Assembly: GCA_964244895.1 (NCBI GenBank)
Contig: CAXTKV010000013.1
Span: forward strand, 7,765 to 23,724
DNA from: an uncultured Deinococcales bacterium
GTDB lineage: Bacteria; Deinococcota; Deinococci; Deinococcales; JAAFIG01
Reading direction: 5' to 3'
Length of the DNA: 15,960 nucleotides
Numbering within the stretch: position 1 is the stretch's first letter; each line of letters begins with the position of its first letter. Below, piece after piece: positions 15,946-15,960 of the stretch. The translations under genes and the position numbers were made by a program. Below the pieces are notes generated by a model. That model saw only the letters and a program-made list of their open reading frames with translations. It had not been told where the DNA came from and did no database searches.

Positions 15946-15960
15946 ATGAAACGACTCAGC
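15946..15960 (+). CDS. Probable 5' end of the next gene (MKRLS...), product unknown
   Basis: SD AAGGAG at 15933-15938, then ATG AAA CGA CTC AGC running off the window. Only 5 codons are visible. Confidence 0.45.

Overview
High-GC bacterial chromosomal segment, probably Deinococcota. That inference rests on a compact Thermus-type PPK1 and on several genes with a -10 box directly before the start codon. The window holds nine complete housekeeping or metabolic genes: a 14-TMS MFS efflux pump, a PsbP-like secreted protein, phosphoketolase, a TIM-barrel isomerase/epimerase, CorA, PPK1, an SBP-vWA lipoprotein, glycogen phosphorylase and a CpdA/Icc-like metallophosphoesterase. There are partial genes at both ends. 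The most interesting signal is non-coding. (1) Nine of the ten intergenic regions each carry one pair of 15-bp self-palindromic boxes (consensus ACCGTCCWGGACGGT). Their mostly AT-rich spacers are 10, 10, 10, 11, 20, 20, 20, 20 and 26 bp, i.e. clustered at values one helical turn apart. (2) The hexamer CTCGAG is strongly over-represented (about 57 copies by manual count), inside and outside genes, like cyanobacterial HIP1. No transposase, CRISPR array or RNA gene was recognised.
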